Below, one piece after another: positions 58,936 to 64,000 of a stretch of DNA of 64,000 bases. Position 1 is the first letter of the stretch, and the number at the start of each line of letters is the position of its first letter. Where the stretch lies: the NCBI GenBank assembly GCA_965223505.1, contig CBDCWP010000044.1:224001-288000 (forward strand), written 5' to 3'. The notes beneath the pieces were generated by a model. That model did not search any database and was not told the origin of the DNA. It saw nothing but the letters and a program-made list of their open reading frames with translations. The position numbers were made by a program, and so were the translations under genes. This stretch comes from Planctomycetota bacterium. GTDB taxonomy: Bacteria; Planctomycetota; PLA2; JAEUHO01.

Positions 58936-59149
58936 TTCAGCCAGTGTGCCACAGGGCCGTACGCGGCCCTGTTGCGCTTCGAGACTGCATGGCTGAGACC
59001 GTGCGGCCGCCGCCAACGAACGCCACAGGGCGCTCAGAAGCGCGCACGCCACTTTGCGGCGACAGACACGCTCGCCCAATCTAGGACCTGTTCTTTGTTG
59101 CGCGTCCTCGACGAATCTGCAGTGCGACATCAGTGGTCAGCAGGGCTCC

Positions 59150-60013
59150 CTACTTCGACTGCAACGACGCGACGACGCGGAATCCGATGAAGTCGATGGC
59201 GTAGTCCGCGTACGCCGACCATCGGTTCGCCGAGCGCGCCTGCCAGGATGCATTGAGCCAACTGCCCCCACGCAGAGCTCGCTGCCTTCCCCATGGATGC
59301 ACCAGCTCATCCGCGCACCACTCCCAGACATTGCCGTGCATGTCGTATAGGCCCCAAGGATTCGGGGAGTACGTGCCCGCGTTCACAGTCCGGTTGGGCG
59401 CACTTGCTGACCGATCCGTTGGTAGGTAGAGCCCGTATCCATTCCAGTTGGCGTCCTTTACGGAGATGGTCTCCCCCGTGGAGAACGGCGTCTTCGTTCC
59501 GGCCCGACAGGCGTACTCCCACTCTGCCTCCGTCGGGAGCCGATAGTGGTGCCTCGGGTCCCGGTCGCTGAGCCATCTGCAGAACGACATCGCATCGTCC
59601 CACGAGACCTTGATCACAGGCTGGTCGGGCGCGTCGCCGGGCAACTGGTCTACGCCGCTTATCATGTTCCCACTGTCGTGCACGGGTCTGAACCTCGTGT
59701 ACTGGGAGTTCGTAGTCTCCGTCGTGTGTATATAGAAATGGCGCTCGACCTGTACGGTTCGTAGCTGCTCGTCTTCGTGTCGGGCGTGTTCCGATTCCGG
59801 AGAGCCCATCGTGAAGGACCCCGCGGGAATCAGAACGAATCGCATCCCGATATCGTTCTCCCACGCCACGGGAATGCCTAGCCTAGCGGCTTCTCGCCTC
59901 TGCTCGTCGCTCCCCTTGAACCAGGCCGGAGGTTCGGGAGGGAGAGCGTTCGGGTCTTCGCCGCAAGCTGCAAGAAGGAGGCTCATTACGACTGTCAACA
60001 GGCACCGCGTCAT
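59150..60013 (-). CDS. FGE/SUMF1 (CLec) domain lipoprotein
   Basis: LAAC lipobox; F.MGS, PV..VSW.DA, RLPTEAEWEYACRAG, GLYDMHGNVWEW and IGFRV. Confidence 0.92.
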   Translation of the reverse strand: MTRCLLTVVMSLLLAACGEDPNALPPEPPAWFKGSDEQRREAARLGIPVAWENDIGMRFVLIPAGSFTMGSPESEHARHEDEQLRTVQVERHFYIHTTETTNSQYTRFRPVHDSGNMISGVDQLPGDAPDQPVIKVSWDDAMSFCRWLSDRDPRHHYRLPTEAEWEYACRAGTKTPFSTGETISVKDANWNGYGLYLPTDRSASAPNRTVNAGTYSPNPWGLYDMHGNVWEWCADELVHPWGRQRALRGGSWLNASWQARSANRWSAYADYAIDFIGFRVVASLQSK

Positions 60014-62150
60014 CTCAGAGAAGATGGTAGCGCGCTCGAGCCAAAGCGGCCCCAGCGCAGCTACTTGCCGTTCTTTGGGGGGAAGGGGGCGAGCCGCAGT
60101 TGGACATCCTCACCTGTGGAAACGGTCTCCTCTGCCTTCCATACGACGTCATCCGGCGCGCGACACCACACACGAACGGTCCAATTCGAATCCGGGAGCC
60201 CTTCGATCCTAAAACGTCCCTCGCTGTCGGGAGTACTGCCGGGTAGCCACCTTCGTCGATTGTCCGTGATGCTAATGCGAACTCTGGAGGAGTTCTTCGG
60301 GCGATTGACGATGCGACCGTCGATAGCTCCTCCAGTTCTTCGTTTGAGAACAAGCGATCCTACCTCGGCCGGGAATTCGACGTAGACGTACTCTCCATCG
60401 ACCGGGGTCATCCACGCCGCGTACGTGTCGCCGGGAACGAGGCCGTCGAGTGTCAGCCTGCGGCTGTTCCTCATTGAGAACACCGGGCTCAGGCTCCGGA
60501 AGTAGTCCCATCCTTCTTCCGTGAGCCTGATCACCGCTACTCGCGTCGCGTCGAAGTGTTGGCGGGAGAATCCTTTGGGGGCTCGGCCTAGCGCGGCAGT
60601 CTTTGGGATTACTACCGTAGCGCTGATCGTCGCCGGAAGACGGAACGTGACGTCGGTCAAGTCCTCTATCACGTTCAGTCTTGTCCACTTGCGAACCGGA
60701 GGCGGCGAATCCAGGGAGTACCTCTCTCGGGGTCCATAGCTCGCGTCCCACATCGTCTCGCGCTGGCGGTCGACGATCCCGCCCATATCGCCGCCATCGT
60801 CCAACCCCATGTAGATCACTCCCGCCGGAACGCCATGAAACTCAAAGCTCCCGTCATGGGTAGTCGAGTAGACGCCGAAGCCAACGCTCGTGCACATTCC
60901 AACGTGGCAGTTCTTCACGGGGAGGTCATTGGTGTCCAGGACCTGCCCCGAGACCATGTATCCCTTCTCGAGTTGAATCGTCGTCTCAGCTGGTATCCAG
61001 TGCTCAAGCGCGTATTCCGCGAGAAACGGGGGCTTCCTGGGCTCCGCCTTTGGCTGCCCGTGCCAGGAAGGTGTTGGATCCCTGATGATCTCGTATTCGT
61101 AGTAAGGGTTGACGGTCAGCTTGTAGGTCCGCTCCGGATCCACACGCTCAAGCACAGCGACGCCTTGCGCGTTGGTTCGTGCGTGAGTGATCGACCCGAA
61201 CCCGTTCTCACCCGGTTTCATCAACCGTACGTAGGCGCCTTTGACTGGCTTCAGCTCCGGCCCGACTACGGTTACACGTGCGTGGGTGGGGCTGCGAACA
61301 CGAAGCTCCAACGGGTTGTCGCTCACGCGAACCTCTTGCTTGATCCGTAGAAATGGCCTCGGCACGTTGACGCTCAGTTCGTGAACGATGTCTCGAAAGA
61401 ACGCGACGCGGAATCGTCCGGCCTCGTCTGTCCGAACGATCGTCTTGAGCCCCTCGTGGGGCAGTCTCTGCGGAAGCGCGGTCGAGGGCGACTCAACGCC
61501 GGCGTCGATCAGATCATCGTCATCGATCGTCTCCCACCAGCGGTCTAGAGGACGAAGCTCGATCTCGAAAGACTCCGCAAAGGGCCCTCGCTGGCCCAGC
61601 ACCACGCCCTCAACCACGGCCCCGCGTTGCATCCGTATGTCTACTTCGCTTCGTTCAAGGGCAAGCGGTCCAACGCGTACCGGAGCGTAGGGCAGCCCAT
61701 GGTCGCTTGTATCGCGTGCGCCCCAGACTTCGAGGTCTGCGTGGGCCCATTGCTCGGCCTCGCCCTTGAGAGTGAGCGTGCCGTCGGCCCCAGTGCCGAG
61801 GTCCATGTATCCGTTCGGTGACAGCAGCCGAGCGTCGAATCGCGGTACGGGAATTCTATCCGGGCTCAAGACGCGTATCCGCAGTGTTCCGGACGACGGT
61901 GTGAGTCGGAGTTGGAGGTCAGTGACTCCCGTGTTCGTCCAGCTCTCAGCTGTGAGACGCTGCGTCCCCTCGATGACAAAGGCGCACACCCTGTAGCAAC
62001 CCTCTTCAGGCACCTCAAACACGAAGGAGCCGTCTTCGGCGACCGTCGTGCTCACGACGCTCTCGCTGCCCTGCCGCACCGCGAGTACTTCGGTGCCGAT
62101 AGTGGGGCGGCCGTCACCGCGAGTTACGCGGCCACCGACCTTGAAAGAGG

Positions 62151-63548
62151 GGCAGAGCAACGTTCTTTCTGTAAATCGCTGAGCGGTTGATCAAGCGTCG
62201 TCCCTCGGCAAGTACCTCCGTCCGGTTTCCCATTCCTCGCTGATCTCGATGAGCACCGCGCTTGCGAGCCGCAGCAAGGACGCTTCGTTCGGAAACAATC
62301 CGGCGACGCGAGTGCGGCGGCGGATCTGCTGATTCAGGTTCTCGAGGCTGTTGGTGGTGCGAAGGCGCTTGCGCTGCGCTTCGTTCAGGCCGAGATCGAA
62401 CACGGTGAAGCCCTGCGGAATGTTCTCTTCGGCCCAGCGCGCCAGGTCGGGCGCGGGCTTGTCCCACTTCTTCACGAAGGCCTTGAGCTTCTCTTCGGCC
62501 TCGCGACGCGACGTCGCATTGAACGCGGCGCGAAGGTCAGCGGCAACGTCGCGTCGAAGCTTCTGGCGCGGAACGTAGCTCTGCGCGTTCTGCTGCAGGT
62601 GGAACTGGCAGCGCTGCCAGGCCACGCCGGCGAACCGCGCCGCCAGCGCGGCCGCAATGCCCTTGTGGCCGTCGCTGGTGATGAGCTCGACGCCGTGAAG
62701 GCCGCGATCCTGGAGAGAAGCGAGGAACTCGCGCCAATGGACCTCGGCCTCCGAGAGGCTCACGCTCGTTCCCAGCACGCTGCGCTTGCCGTGAGAATCG
62801 ACGCCGATGGCGATCAGCACAGCGCAGTCGCGCACCGATCCGCCGTGGCGCACCTTCTCGTAGCGAGCGTCGAGTACGAGGTACTTGAACGCGCCGAGCG
62901 GACGTGTGCGCCAGCGCTCGAGCTCCTCGTCGAGCAGCGCAGCTGCTCGAGACACGCTCGTGGAGCTGATCTCCAGGCCGTTGCAAAGCACCTTCGTGAT
63001 CGCCTCGACACGCCGCGTCGAGACGCCCTGGACGTACATCTCCGCCAGGGCCAGCGTGAGCGCTCTCTCGCTTCGCTGGCCGCGTTCGAGGCTGGAGGGG
63101 TAGAACGTGTCGCCGCCCTCGACGTCGCGAACCTGGGGCACCTGGACGTCGATCTCGCCCAAGCGGGTTCTGACGCGCTTGCGCTTGAAGCCGTTGGCGT
63201 AGCCGCGGCGCTGATCCGTGCGTTCGTGGGGCTCGGCGCCGAGGAAGGCACTGCGTTCGACCTTCATGGCCTCGTTCACCAGCACCCGCATCGCCTCAGC
63301 CATGCCGTCGAACCCGTTCTCGCTGAGCGCTTCCAGTGCGTCGCCCCAAGGCGTACGCTGTTCGTGGTGGGTCACGTCGTTCCTCCTTTGCGTGGTGTCG
63401 TTACCTGCAAAGGTACGGCGTTGATCCGCCACTCAGTTCGCCCCGGGAGATGGCGGCGCGCCCGCTTCGCTTGAATCAGCTAGCTGATTCAAGCGAAGCG
63501 AGCGCCTCTCCTCCGGGGAGCCATTTACAGAAAGAACGGTACACCCTC
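62151..63548 (-). mobile_element. IS256-family insertion sequence
   Basis: Perfect 16-bp inverted core CGTTCTTTCTGTAAAT (62161-62176 / 63523-63538), 10 bp inside each end; 8-bp duplication GAAAGAGG (62143-62150, 63549-63556). Confidence 0.95.
62191..63375 (-). CDS. IS256 family transposase
   Basis: EMYVQGVSTRRV, LDARYEKVR, SDGHKG, WQRCQFH, TTNSLE.LN..IRRR and FPNE.S; GGAGG before GTG 63375. Confidence 0.95.
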   Translation of the reverse strand: MTHHEQRTPWGDALEALSENGFDGMAEAMRVLVNEAMKVERSAFLGAEPHERTDQRRGYANGFKRKRVRTRLGEIDVQVPQVRDVEGGDTFYPSSLERGQRSERALTLALAEMYVQGVSTRRVEAITKVLCNGLEISSTSVSRAAALLDEELERWRTRPLGAFKYLVLDARYEKVRHGGSVRDCAVLIAIGVDSHGKRSVLGTSVSLSEAEVHWREFLASLQDRGLHGVELITSDGHKGIAAALAARFAGVAWQRCQFHLQQNAQSYVPRQKLRRDVAADLRAAFNATSRREAEEKLKAFVKKWDKPAPDLARWAEENIPQGFTVFDLGLNEAQRKRLRTTNSLENLNQQIRRRTRVAGLFPNEASLLRLASAVLIEISEEWETGRRYLPRDDA

Positions 63549-63878
63549 GAAAGAGGCGACAGCAGTTTCGTGTCCGTGGCGACCGAGGGTCGGCGACTGG
63601 TCACTATCGGTAGAAGTCGGCGCGTCATGGTCGCCCCAGGGCTGGGCGCCACGATCCCAAAGCGCGAACCAGCCAATCACGGCAACAACACACACTGCCA
63701 ATAACACCCATCGCGTGCGCATGGGCCACCTCCGCAGCACGCAGGGTACCAACGGTGCGGCTGGGCATCCTTACGGAGAAGAGCACCGTTGATTGTCGGT
63801 CTCACATTGTCAGCCACTACGCCTGCCAAAGGGGGCAACGTCGTCAGACGCGCGCGTTGCATGTGTAAGATGGGAGCG

Positions 63879-64000
63879 ATGTTCCGCGCTCCTGTGCTTC
63901 TGCTGGCGATTCTCGGCGTGGGGGGGTGCGGAGATCCGACCGCGGCACCAACCACGAGGCTTGAATGCGCCTTTGATCAGAGAGCCGCCAATCTAGCTCA
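63879..64000 (+). CDS. Start of a putative lipoprotein, runs out of window
   Basis: MFRAPVLLLAILGVGGCGDP..., open to the window end. Confidence 0.45.
   Translation, partial: MFRAPVLLLAILGVGGCGDPTAAPTTRLECAFDQRAANLA

Larger units (their letters stand above)
60061..63722 (-). pseudogene. Carboxypeptidase-regulatory-like domain protein (751 aa) interrupted by IS256
   Basis: Removing 62151-63548 and one GAAAGAGG copy joins MRTRWVLL...TAVASF to KVGGRVTRG... in frame. Confidence 0.88.

Noticed and set aside
35514..60013. Diversity-generating retroelement targeting the three FGE/CLec genes
   Set aside because: No reverse transcriptase in the window, and the 3' ends are not near-identical with adenine-specific differences; no TR/VR pair seen.
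1..64000. Genome-wide reassignment of TGA (code 4 or 25)
   Set aside because: Many conserved genes end at TGA at their expected C-termini or in TGATG/ATGA overlaps (SUI1, CPXCG, ugd, IS256), and Trp is encoded by TGG.
1..64000. CRISPR array
   Set aside because: No regularly spaced short repeats seen; the repeats found are intragenic or IS-derived.

Overview
High-GC bacterial window, probably Planctomycetota-like (inference from the TM-fused ECF sigma factor and the CHAT/TPR, FG-GAP and HEAT proteins). About 1-49.2 kb is core-like: enzymes, transport, signalling and many exported or lipoproteins. From about 49.25 kb, a 3' tRNA-Val(GAC) fragment marks the edge of an IS-rich, decaying island. 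It holds an IS5 remnant, a four-gene two-transposase element, and one intact plus one degraded IS256; the intact copy splits a 751-aa gene with an 8-bp target duplication. Main result: four exported or membrane-anchored genes are split in the ORF track by in-frame TGA codons (five TGAs in total). Each TGA sits in a redox-type motif (U-P-F-C, C-U, U-G-U, W-U-C) and is followed by a SECIS-like hairpin. They are best read as unannotated selenoproteins, including a Selenoprotein-N-like lipoprotein, a GspG-like protein with two Sec residues and an FG-GAP protein. Second result: two paralogous small Tat lipoprotein genes 46 kb apart share a structured leader of about 170-210 nt that I cannot assign to a known RNA family. 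All family calls are by eye; no database search was run.
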